Shown: piece by piece, positions 47,570-56,251 of the stretch | How positions within the stretch are numbered: position 1 is the first letter of the stretch | Layout of the letters: every line of letters begins with the position of its first letter | From: Verrucomicrobiota bacterium | Lineage (GTDB): Bacteria; Verrucomicrobiota; Kiritimatiellia; CAJWTS01 | Length of the DNA: 64,000 nucleotides | Direction of reading: 5' to 3' | Assembly (NCBI GenBank): GCA_027623315.1 | Contig: JAQBYD010000007.1 | Location: forward strand, 13,111 to 77,110 | Notes under the pieces: generated by a model | What the model was told of the DNA's origin: nothing | Seen by the model: only the letters and a program-made list of their open reading frames with translations | The model's database searches: none | Translations under genes and position numbers: made by a program

Positions 47570-48498
47570 CGCGCCCCCTCCGCGGAGACGAGATCGGTGG
47601 AGATCTCCTCGAGCAGTGCCTGATGGGACAGCGCGCCATCGAGCCAGTGAACCTCGAGCCCACGCCGCTGCATGCGACGGAACCAGGTCTCTTGCCGCTT
47701 GGCGAATTGGTGGATGCCGGTGGCTAGCTTCTGGATCATGTCGTTGCGAGCCATATCCCCCACAACATATCGTGTGACCAGGCGGTATTCCAGCCCGTAG
47801 AAATCCAACTGTTGCGGCGACACCCCCTCTTCCAGCAAAGATTTGATCTCTTCGACCAATCCATGCTCAAGCCGATGCCGCAGGCGCTCTGAAATACGAT
47901 TCCGCAGCGCTTGTCGATCCCATCGAATTCCGTAAACGCGGGAGTCCATCGGTGGGGCTGACGCGTCCCCCTCACCGCGTTGGTCATGCTCGGCGATTTC
48001 AATGGCCCGGATCAATCGCTCGCGGTCTGAGGTGTCAGAGGTATTGTGGAGTTCACGCAGTCCACGCAGTCGCAGTGTCAATTCGTTGTCCGAGAGTTCG
48101 TTCAATTCCGATCGCAAGCGATCGTCACGGGGTACCTCGGCCAGGCGGTATCCGCTCAGGACGGCATCCAGGTACAACCCGCTTCCGCCGCAAAGGACCG
48201 GAAGCTTCCCTCGCGCCCGTACGGCCTCGTATGCAACCAGGAAGAGGCGCTGATACTCGAACACGTTGAACTCCTCTCCCGGCTCTACGATGTCGATCAG
48301 GTGATAAGCGATCTGCGCGCCCGGGCGGCGGTACTCCTGCAGATCTTTGCCCGTGCCGATATCCATTCGCCGATAGACCTGCCGGGAATCCGCGCTGATC
48401 ACTTCGCCGTGATGACGTTCCGCGACCGCCGCGGCCAGTGCGGTCTTCCCTGAGGCCGTGGGCCCGAGGATAGTGATCATATCATGACGGCGACTCAT
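47566..48498 (-). CDS. miaA: tRNA dimethylallyltransferase (copy 2, MiaA2-like)
   Basis: ILGPTASGKTALA, SADSRQVYRRMDIGTGK, CGGSGLY and FAKRQETWFRR. An alternative ATG at 48480 is possible. Confidence 0.88.
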   Translation of the reverse strand: MSRRHDMITILGPTASGKTALAAAVAERHHGEVISADSRQVYRRMDIGTGKDLQEYRRPGAQIAYHLIDIVEPGEEFNVFEYQRLFLVAYEAVRARGKLPVLCGGSGLYLDAVLSGYRLAEVPRDDRLRSELNELSDNELTLRLRGLRELHNTSDTSDRERLIRAIEIAEHDQRGEGDASAPPMDSRVYGIRWDRQALRNRISERLRHRLEHGLVEEIKSLLEEGVSPQQLDFYGLEYRLVTRYVVGDMARNDMIQKLATGIHQFAKRQETWFRRMQRRGLEVHWLDGALSHQALLEEISTDLVSAEGAR

Positions 48499-49723
48499 AA
48501 GCGTTTCCGCGCCGCCAGGCGTCTTCCTTCGTCTTCAAGTAGTGCCGCAGCGCGTCGAGTTCGTCAACCGATACGCTCGCAAACGTCCACGACGTTCCAG
48601 ACGCCCAAGCCGGCCGATCAGGATCGTCCGGGTAGACATGATCGAGAAACCTGCGAAGATTCGCGTCGTCCGATGCGGAGGATGGATCGAAAGAGGACTT
48701 TACGTACTGTAGAATCCGTAGCCCATCCACGCGATCATGGCAGGCGCGGACGAACTGGTCAGGCTTTCGATAATTGTCGCGCATGGCTCCCCAAAGATCG
48801 TCCGTGGACAACTGCTTTTTGAGAAACGTGGTCATGGGGGTCTGTTGGTCCGAACGGTAAAGATCCCCGAATAGCTCCGTCGTCTCGCGGACATCGTCGA
48901 ACAGTTCGTATGGATAGATCGGATAACGCTGTCGCTGCGCCTCGAGGTCCATGGCCAGGGCGGGGCCGGTGCCAATCGGGACACGTTGGGAGAGGCGTGT
49001 TGCCGGCTTCACGTCTACGTCTAACCAATGCGCCACGCTTCCATACTTGCAAAGCTTTTGCAGGAAATAGAAGTCCTCCCCTGCGCGCTTAGGCTCAAGG
49101 CCTCCAACGGCACGGTAACATCGGACCCGCGTTGAGATCAACGAGCCCATTGCCGTGAAAGCGTAAGGCGAGCCGAATCGCCATAGGTTAAGCGCGTAGA
49201 CACGGAGATATATTTCGTAGCGCAGCATGGCGCGGTCGACGCCGTCGTCCCCGCACCGTGCGTGCAGGTATGGCGCCGCAACTCCGACGTAGCTGGAGGG
49301 GTCCTCCAGCACGCCGGCAACACGCTCCAGGTAGTCCGGCGGATACTCCGTATCCGCATCGATGGAGACGAGCAAACTCTCCGGGTGGCTTTCCGCTGAG
49401 ACGGCATCCATCAAGGTGCGCCGCGCCCATCCGACCCCTTGTCTCTGATCTGTCCATCCCGAGCCGGGGCTCGCCCGGTCAAGAACCTGTACCGGGAAGC
49501 GCGTCTCTCCCGCCAGCAGCCGTAGACACGCCAGGTTTCGATCGCAGATCTCGCGCTTCGCGCTGTCATTCCACCAGGATTCGGGCTGGTTCACGCAAGC
49601 CCACAGTTCGAAGGACTGCCGCGTCTGCGCAGCCAAACCATCCAGCAGACGCGGCAGAAGGTCCAACTCGTCCAGAACAGGAAGGGCGAGGTAGGTAAGT
49701 GAAGACATAGGGACAGAACTCAA
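48482..49723 (-). CDS. glycosyltransferase family 2-like protein
   Basis: LALPVLDE...LLDGLAAQT, SIDADTEYPPDYL (DxD) and GEDFYFLQKL; 413 aa. Confidence 0.6.
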   Translation of the reverse strand: MSSVPMSSLTYLALPVLDELDLLPRLLDGLAAQTRQSFELWACVNQPESWWNDSAKREICDRNLACLRLLAGETRFPVQVLDRASPGSGWTDQRQGVGWARRTLMDAVSAESHPESLLVSIDADTEYPPDYLERVAGVLEDPSSYVGVAAPYLHARCGDDGVDRAMLRYEIYLRVYALNLWRFGSPYAFTAMGSLISTRVRCYRAVGGLEPKRAGEDFYFLQKLCKYGSVAHWLDVDVKPATRLSQRVPIGTGPALAMDLEAQRQRYPIYPYELFDDVRETTELFGDLYRSDQQTPMTTFLKKQLSTDDLWGAMRDNYRKPDQFVRACHDRVDGLRILQYVKSSFDPSSASDDANLRRFLDHVYPDDPDRPAWASGTSWTFASVSVDELDALRHYLKTKEDAWRRGNAYESPS

Positions 49724-49730
49724 CGCAGCA

Positions 49731-52634
49731 TCACGACGGTGACGTCTGCGTGCAGCAACCGCGTACCGTCTCTACCCAATGCATGGCCTTGACTCCGGTC
49801 GCATCCGCAATCTGGTGCCGACAACTGAATCCACATGCCACCACCGTCGCACTTCCGGCACTACGCACGGCTGGAAACAACCGGTCCTCGCCGATCACCT
49901 GCGAGAGATCGTAGTGCTCCTTCTCGTACCCGAATGAGCCGGCCATTCCACAACATCCCGAATCCACTTCACGGTGATCAAGACCCCCAATAGACGACCA
50001 GATGTTCTTCATCCCGGCAGTTCCGTACAGCGCCTTCTGGTTGCAGTGACCGTGAAGGAGCACGTCGTCCACCAGCGCTGAGAAGCCCTGCGCAATATTC
50101 CCCTTGCTCTGCTCACGCGCAAGAAATACGTCGATCATGTGGACATTGGCCAGGATCCGGTCGCCAAGATCCTTGTCATCGATCAGGTCGGGGAGATCAT
50201 CCGTTAGCGCGGCTGCACAGCTGGGTTCACAGACCACGACCGGCCAGCCTTTCTGGATGTAACGATCCAGATTCCGCAGGACCTCTACCCCGCGATCCCT
50301 GGCCTCGCGCAGGAATCCGTGTGAGATACGGGGACGCTGGCAGCATCCTGCGCGGGCAAGCACCACTCGATAACCGCAGGATTCCAGCAATTCTGTCGCC
50401 GCACGGCCGATATGCGGCTCGAAGAAGTTGATGAAGCTATCATCGAAAAGCACGACCGTCCGATCCGAAGGCTCGTCTGCGACCTCCGGTCGCGACCGCT
50501 CGAACCAGCTCGTGAACGTCTGCCTTGCATAGGATGGCAGGATGCGCCTTCGGTCTATGCCAGCGACGGACTGCATGGCGCCTCGAAACAGGGCGGTTCG
50601 TTGAAGGGCGTTCAGTGCCGGAGCCAGTGGCCCGCAGATTCGTCTGGCCGCATCCAGCGAGCCGGCGAGCAGCCGCTCGCGGCGACTTGCCCCGTGCCGA
50701 TCGTGATGGATCTGCAGCACTTCGGCCTTGAGCTTGGCCACGTCAACGTTACTCGGGCACTCCGATTTGCACGCCTTGCAGGAGAGGCATAAGTCCAGTA
50801 CATCCAGCAGTTCGGGGCTTGCCAGGCCATCTTTGCCCAGTTGCCCGGACATCGCCAGTCGCAGGGCATTCGCCCGCCCTCGCGTGGTGTGCTTTTCCTC
50901 GCGTGTCGCCATATAACTGGGGCACATCGTGCCGCCCAGCGTCTTGCGGCACGCGCCCACGCCGGTACACATTCTCACGGCGGCCCCGAAGCTCTCGTCC
51001 TCGCGGTACTTGAAGACCGTGTGCAGGGGAGGTTCCGCGTAGCCGGTCCCAAACCGCAGATCCTGGTCCATCGGCGGCGCGTCCACGATCTTGCCGGGAT
51101 TCATAAGCCCTTCGGGGTCAAACATCTGTTTCACCTCTCGCAGCGCGCTGTAGATCTGCGTCCCGAAGAATCGTTCCATGAAGGGACTGCGCACCAGCCC
51201 GTCACCGTGCTCGCCGGACCACGACCCCTCGTACTCCTTCACCAGCTCGAACGTCTCCTCCGCGATGCGCTTCAAGTTCTCGATATCGGCCGGCAGGCGC
51301 AGGTCGAGCATCGGGCGAACATGGATGACACCCACGCTCGCGTGCGCATACATCGCGACGTCTACGTGCTTCGCCTTGCAGAGGCTGAGCACGCGATCGA
51401 TGTACTCGGGAAGCACATCAAGAGACACGCACGCATCTTCGATGAAGGCCGTCGGTTTCTGATCACCCTTCACGCCCAGCATGAGACCCAAACCGTTCTT
51501 CCTGATGGTCCACACCTTCTCCTTGTCCGCGGCATTCGTGAAGACGGGAAAAGCGAACCCCATGCCACGTGCGCGGATGTCCCCGGCCATGGCGCTCACT
51601 TTGCGGAGCGCATCCTCGTCACTATCCGCGTAGAACTCTACGATCAGAACGGCGGCCGGATCATCTTCGATGATATCGCACAGATGCCGGGTCATGAGGT
51701 TGTCGCGTGCCATGCGCAGCACGATCCGGTCGAGGATCTCGACCGCCGATGGTCCGTGCTCAACAATTGGCTTCACGGCACGTATGGCTTCCTGGAGATC
51801 CGCGAAGTGAATCAGACAGACCGTGGAGGCCTTGGGGAGTGGTTCCAGGTTCACCGTTGCGTCGAGGAGTGTGGCCAGCGTGCCCTCGCTGCCAGTCACA
51901 AGTTTGGAGAGATTCCACTCGTCGCAATGTGTGAACTCGTCGAGATTATATCCGCCGACGCGTCGCATGACCTTGGGAAAGCGTCGCTCGATCTCGTCCC
52001 GATTCTGGTCGATCAGATGGGTAAATCCCCGATAGATCGCCGCCTCGCGCGTCTCACCCTTCGCCTTCTGTGCGACCTGCGCGGATGTGAGCGAGCGGAA
52101 CTCCACGATCTCGCCGTTGGTCAGCAGGTTTCGAGTTGCGATCACATGGTCTACAGTCTTTCCGTAGATGATGCTCTTGGTCCCCGAGGAGTTATTCCCG
52201 ATCATCCCGCCGATATTCGCGCGGTTCCCCGTCGCCGGGTCCGGGGCGCAGTGCAGCCCATGCACCTCGAGCTCAGCGTTAAGCTCATCCCGCACCACGC
52301 CGGGTTGAACTCGAACCCATCGCTCCTCGACATTCAGCTCGAGGATCCGATTCATATGCTTGGAGAAGTCCAGGACCAGTGAAGCGCCCACGGTTTGGCC
52401 TGCCAGGCTGGTGCCTCCTCCACGGGGTAAAATGCTGACTCCGTGCTTCACCGCCACGGCGACGGCTGCCTGCACGTCGTCCTCGTCGAGCGGCATGCAC
52501 ACCGCAACGGGCTGAATCTGGTAGATGCTCGCGTCGGTGGAATACAGGCCGCGGGTGATCTCGTCAAATGCCACCAAGCCGCGCATGGCCGCACGCAGAT
52601 CGCCTTCGAACGCCTCACCAGTCTCGGGAATCAT
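49731..52634 (-). CDS. FAD-linked oxidase fused to Fe-S/CCG domains (YdiJ-like, putative D-2-hydroxyacid dehydrogenase)
   Basis: FAD_binding_4 motif LPRGGGTSLAGQ, ferredoxin-type CLSCKACKSECP, and CCG motifs HGHCNQKA and SGCCGMAGSFG. The start is taken at the ATG giving MIPETGEAF; the track start at 52727 would overlap dinB. Confidence 0.85.
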   Translation of the reverse strand: MIPETGEAFEGDLRAAMRGLVAFDEITRGLYSTDASIYQIQPVAVCMPLDEDDVQAAVAVAVKHGVSILPRGGGTSLAGQTVGASLVLDFSKHMNRILELNVEERWVRVQPGVVRDELNAELEVHGLHCAPDPATGNRANIGGMIGNNSSGTKSIIYGKTVDHVIATRNLLTNGEIVEFRSLTSAQVAQKAKGETREAAIYRGFTHLIDQNRDEIERRFPKVMRRVGGYNLDEFTHCDEWNLSKLVTGSEGTLATLLDATVNLEPLPKASTVCLIHFADLQEAIRAVKPIVEHGPSAVEILDRIVLRMARDNLMTRHLCDIIEDDPAAVLIVEFYADSDEDALRKVSAMAGDIRARGMGFAFPVFTNAADKEKVWTIRKNGLGLMLGVKGDQKPTAFIEDACVSLDVLPEYIDRVLSLCKAKHVDVAMYAHASVGVIHVRPMLDLRLPADIENLKRIAEETFELVKEYEGSWSGEHGDGLVRSPFMERFFGTQIYSALREVKQMFDPEGLMNPGKIVDAPPMDQDLRFGTGYAEPPLHTVFKYREDESFGAAVRMCTGVGACRKTLGGTMCPSYMATREEKHTTRGRANALRLAMSGQLGKDGLASPELLDVLDLCLSCKACKSECPSNVDVAKLKAEVLQIHHDRHGASRRERLLAGSLDAARRICGPLAPALNALQRTALFRGAMQSVAGIDRRRILPSYARQTFTSWFERSRPEVADEPSDRTVVLFDDSFINFFEPHIGRAATELLESCGYRVVLARAGCCQRPRISHGFLREARDRGVEVLRNLDRYIQKGWPVVVCEPSCAAALTDDLPDLIDDKDLGDRILANVHMIDVFLAREQSKGNIAQGFSALVDDVLLHGHCNQKALYGTAGMKNIWSSIGGLDHREVDSGCCGMAGSFGYEKEHYDLSQVIGEDRLFPAVRSAGSATVVACGFSCRHQIADATGVKAMHWVETVRGCCTQTSPS

Positions 52635-52694
52635 TGAATTTAGCTGTATCACCCTGTGACGACCAATTACACTGCCCAGCGTGGGTAGGTCAAC

Positions 52695-53897
52695 ATGACA
52701 GAATCCGGACCAGGCACAATACTTCACATCGATATGGACGCATTCTATGCGTCCATCGAGCAGTTGGATGCCCCCGAGTTACGCGGCAAACCGGTCGTGG
52801 TCGGCGCGCCTCCGGATCGGCGCGGCGTGGTTGCCACCGCCTCATACGAGGCCAGGGCCTTCGGGGTGCGTTCGGCAATGCCCTCGCGCACGGCCTACAA
52901 GCTCTGCCCTCAAGCGACCTTCGTTCCCGTGCGCATGAGCCGATACGCCGACGTCTCCCGCATGCTGATGGAGCTTCTGCACCGCTATACGCCCATCGTG
53001 GAGAAGATCTCGGTTGACGAAGCGTTCATGGACGTCTCCGGATCGATGCGACTGTGGCCGGACCCCGTAAAGCTTGCCCAGGATCTGACGTCATCCGTTC
53101 GTCGCGATCTTGAACTTACGGCCTCCGTCGGGGTTGCCCCGAACAAGTTTCTCGCCAAGCTCGCCAGTGACATGCAGAAACCGGCCGGTCTAACCGTAGC
53201 CCCGGTTGACCCGAAGGAGATTATTGAATTCCTGGCCCCGATGGATATACGCGCGATTTGGGGTATCGGCGAGAGAACCGCTGAGCGGCTCCGCAAGGCC
53301 GGCATTCACTCGGTCGGACAACTGCAGCAGCGCTCCGAAGCCGGCCTTCGCAGCCTTGTCGGTGAATCGATGGCACACCATATCCATCGTCTCTCTCTCG
53401 GAGTGGATGATCGGCGCGTCACCCCCGGCACGGTCGAGAAGAGCATCTCCAACGAGCACACTTTTGATGTCGACTGCGCGGATCCAGGCAAGGTCGAGCG
53501 CCGGCTTATCGAGCTGGTCCAGAACGTCGGGACCCGCTTACGGCGTTCCGGGAAACTGGCACGCACAGCCCAGATCAAGATCCGGTTCGCCGACTTCCGG
53601 ACCATCACCCGCCAGGGCCCGCTCGACCCGCCGGGCGCCGGCGAACGTGTGCTCATTCAACTGGCCAAGGATCTGTGGGCGGCACAGCATGTTACAGAGC
53701 CCGTGCGGCTCGTGGGCTTCGGAGTAGCCAACCTGAGCGCTGATGACGAGGATCCGCCACAGCACGAATTAGAACTCTTTCCCGAGCTGACCGGACGTCC
53801 CCAGGCGGAGCTAGACGAGAAGCTCGATCAAGCCGTGGATGAACTCCGCAACAAGTTCGGCAAGAACGCCCTTCGCCGAGGCGGGTTGAGCGGATGA
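52695..53897 (+). CDS. dinB: DNA polymerase IV
   Basis: ILHIDMDAFYASIEQ, SVDEAFMDVS and a little-finger domain; 400 aa. Confidence 0.92.
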   Translation: MTESGPGTILHIDMDAFYASIEQLDAPELRGKPVVVGAPPDRRGVVATASYEARAFGVRSAMPSRTAYKLCPQATFVPVRMSRYADVSRMLMELLHRYTPIVEKISVDEAFMDVSGSMRLWPDPVKLAQDLTSSVRRDLELTASVGVAPNKFLAKLASDMQKPAGLTVAPVDPKEIIEFLAPMDIRAIWGIGERTAERLRKAGIHSVGQLQQRSEAGLRSLVGESMAHHIHRLSLGVDDRRVTPGTVEKSISNEHTFDVDCADPGKVERRLIELVQNVGTRLRRSGKLARTAQIKIRFADFRTITRQGPLDPPGAGERVLIQLAKDLWAAQHVTEPVRLVGFGVANLSADDEDPPQHELELFPELTGRPQAELDEKLDQAVDELRNKFGKNALRRGGLSG

Positions 53898-54040
53898 CCC
53901 GAAACCTCCCCCGAGCGCCGCCAGGTCTTGCAGTTCCACAAACTCGTAAACACAAGGTCCAATCATACTCGTGCTCCTGCTCGTCCTCGTGCTCGGAGCG
54001 AGACAGCGCGATAGGATTTCTTCGGACGCGGAACTCGCCT

Positions 54041-54119
54041 GAAACGTCGCCAGCTTTGGGCCCACGAATCACGCGAATCTACATGAATTTCCAGAGTGGA
54101 AGGATCGCGGATTACGCGG
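54041..54119. repeat. dispersed intergenic repeat, copy A (GAAACGTCGCCAG ... CACGAATCACGCGAATCT ... CGCGGATTACGCGG)
   Basis: Shares three collinear blocks with 56046-56168. Its last block supplies the stop codon and last three codons of the TPR gene. Confidence 0.6.
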
Positions 54120-54480
54120 TCAGGCGTAGCATGAGGCCTTCAAAGCGTGGATCATCGCGCAGAGATTGAAGATCCTCATCATCGCGCAGATGCTCGACCT
54201 CGCGGTAACCCAGGTCGACCGCGCGGTCCAGAGACTCAAATGCTTCCTTCTTTTTGTGCAGTAGAGCCTGGCTGCAAGCGAGATTGTACCACACGAGAGC
54301 ATCACAAGGGTCCAGACGGACCAATTCGAGGTCCAATTCGTATCCCCGGTCAAACTCCCCGGCACGGGTGTAGAGATCTGCCAGGGCCTTGATGACATCC
54401 TCGTCTCTTGGCAGGCGGCGATGCAGCGCCGCCAGGAAATCAAGCTCGACTCGATCCTGTCCAGTCAGCTCGCGATTCAT
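54112..54480 (-). CDS. tetratricopeptide-repeat protein
   Basis: 122 aa; ALADLYTRAGEFDRGYEL and LVWYNLACSQALLHKKKEAFESLDRAVDLGY are TPR-type helices. Confidence 0.65.
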   Translation of the reverse strand: MNRELTGQDRVELDFLAALHRRLPRDEDVIKALADLYTRAGEFDRGYELDLELVRLDPCDALVWYNLACSQALLHKKKEAFESLDRAVDLGYREVEHLRDDEDLQSLRDDPRFEGLMLRLTA

Positions 54481-54530
54481 AGTCGAGACCGATGAATGAA
54501 TTCCACTTTCATGATAGCCAAGGAGCAGCT

Positions 54531-54938
54531 ATGGTATCGCATATGAGGAAACGGACCACAATGATTCAAGTTCTCGCCGTGTTGCTCCTTGCCGGATGCG
54601 GAAAAGACAAAGCATCGAAGAACTTCTCCGGCACATGGGACTCCGCCCAGTGGGGCGTCATGGCGCTCGTACAATCCGGTACGGTCGTGAGCGGTCAATG
54701 GGAGTATCAGAACGGGCGGCTTCAGGGCAATATCGTCGATGGAAAACTCACCTTCAAATGGTGGCAGAACGTCGAACCGGGTGCCCCGTACGAGGACGCG
54801 GCGAATGCAGATCGCGGTGATGGATACTTCATCCTTGCCGCCGATGCCCAGTCGTTCGCGGGCAAGTGGCGTCTCCACGGACGCGACAGATGGAACGACG
54901 ATTGGGATGCGATTCGGGCGCTGGGATCGAATCGTTAG
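54531..54938 (+). CDS. hypothetical lipoprotein
   Basis: An AAGGAG RBS lies 5 nt before the ATG at 54531. The signal peptide has a lipobox, MIQVLAVLLLAGCGKDK. The track ORF starts at 54492. Confidence 0.55.
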   Translation: MVSHMRKRTTMIQVLAVLLLAGCGKDKASKNFSGTWDSAQWGVMALVQSGTVVSGQWEYQNGRLQGNIVDGKLTFKWWQNVEPGAPYEDAANADRGDGYFILAADAQSFAGKWRLHGRDRWNDDWDAIRALGSNR

Positions 54939-54965
54939 TCAGAACACAAGAGGACACGCTTCCCT

Positions 54966-56042
54966 ATGAGAGTACTGGTTACAGGCATGGTGGCGGGCCT
55001 CAATCACGAGGAGTACGTCCAGCGTGTCTTGGAGATGGGTCGCATCGAAGGGCGCGAGATCAGGCACTACAACCTCGTGCGCGATCTCGAGCGAACCGGA
55101 GAAAAGAAACTAGACCGGCTCCTCGGCGCGACGAATTACCTGTTCCAGGTTCTCCGTGAACGCGAATACCGTAAGATCGGATACGATCTTCTGAAGCATG
55201 ACGCCAAGGACGCGATTATTCATGTGCCGGCCACGATCGAGTGGAATCGAATCAACATTAAGCTGAAGGATCACGAGGAGATCGCGGAGTACATCAAGCC
55301 GGACGTCGTGGTAACCCTGATCGATGCCGAGTGGGTCATTCAAAAGCGTCTACGCCAGACGACTGAACAGAACGAGTTCTTCCAGCGTATCAAGGAACAG
55401 GATCACACGATTCACGAGATTCTGAGTTGGATGAACGAAGAGGTCAGCCTGAGCGAAGACTGGGCCGACTACCTCAATGTCCCGCACTACGTGATTCCCG
55501 TGAACCAGCATCCGCTCAGTCTCTATAAGCTGGTGCGCGACTCCAACGTCCCCTCCTTCTATGTCTCGTACTCGATGACGCATGCCGAACCCGCTATTCG
55601 CTCCGAGATCAATAAGTGCATTAAGCGCCTCACCAATTACGGACTCGTAATCGACCCGCAGGCTATTGAAATCGGCAGCAATGTGGAGGACGCGCACGAG
55701 AAGGAAGCCGTCTATGCGTACACGGTGCACCGCGACCTGCATTGGTTCGTCGGCAAAGTCGATGCGGTTGTGGCGATTCACCCATACGAGGAACGCCCCC
55801 CCCTCTCAACGGGCATGATGGACGAACTCGGCCACGCGCGCGATTACCTCAAGAGGCGATATATGATTTTCCCGCCGAAAAACCTGAGTCCATTCACGAC
55901 AGACAGCTATATCGAGAAGGGGCACGTCTACAGCGGGATGGACGACTTCTTCAAAGATCTGGAGTCGGAAGGATTCCAGTCCTACAACTATCCGCAGGCC
56001 GTGCGTGACGTCGAGTGGGCGTCTGCGATCAAGCTCGAGTAG
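54966..56042 (+). CDS. hypothetical two-domain protein: degenerate P-loop/kinase-like N-domain plus nucleoside 2-deoxyribosyltransferase-like C-domain
   Basis: 358 aa. The N-terminus MRVLVTGMVAGLNHEEY resembles a Walker A lacking GK[ST]. The C-terminal FYVSYSM ... DAVVAIHP ... STGMMDELGHARDYLKRRYMIFP follows the NDT-family layout. The domain call is from memory of family patterns only. Confidence 0.45.
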   Translation: MRVLVTGMVAGLNHEEYVQRVLEMGRIEGREIRHYNLVRDLERTGEKKLDRLLGATNYLFQVLREREYRKIGYDLLKHDAKDAIIHVPATIEWNRINIKLKDHEEIAEYIKPDVVVTLIDAEWVIQKRLRQTTEQNEFFQRIKEQDHTIHEILSWMNEEVSLSEDWADYLNVPHYVIPVNQHPLSLYKLVRDSNVPSFYVSYSMTHAEPAIRSEINKCIKRLTNYGLVIDPQAIEIGSNVEDAHEKEAVYAYTVHRDLHWFVGKVDAVVAIHPYEERPPLSTGMMDELGHARDYLKRRYMIFPPKNLSPFTTDSYIEKGHVYSGMDDFFKDLESEGFQSYNYPQAVRDVEWASAIKLE

Positions 56043-56045
56043 TCA

Positions 56046-56223
56046 GAAACGTCGCCAGATTCCGGGCCCCCTGTACCAGCGCTTCGTACCTCAGCACGGT
56101 ACAGGGCAGGCACGAATCACGCGAATCTTCACAAATCTTCAGATGGGGAGAGACCGCGGATTACGCGGATATACGTGGTTCTAGCTCTGTCTGCATTCGT
56201 GTGGATTCGCATGATTCGTGGGC
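56046..56223. repeat. dispersed intergenic repeat, copy B, with an extra internal palindrome and an inverted partial copy
   Basis: Direct copy at 56046-56168, interrupted by palindrome CCCTGTACC(20 nt)GGTACAGGG at 56069-56106. An inverted copy of the CACGAATCA(C/T)GCGAATC module lies at 56195-56223, giving ~28-nt arms about 58 nt apart. Confidence 0.6.
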
Positions 56224-56251
56224 TCCTCTGCCCTTGGAGTTAAGGCCCGCC

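Noticed and set aside
22509-48498. Possibility that the two miaA genes reflect an assembly duplication or chimera
   Set aside because: The copies agree only at family motifs and differ in most other positions, and each sits in a different, internally consistent operon context.
50841-52382. Long antisense ORFs, including 50841..52382 (513 aa), 56962..58380 (472 aa), 15872..16918, 3187..4245, 1928..2815, 7394..8317, 13661..14407, 39108..40013, 46673..47623 and 61990..63018
   Set aside because: Each lies opposite a gene with clear family motifs. Their translations are Arg/Pro/Gly/His-rich with no motifs, which is typical of GC-rich shadow frames.
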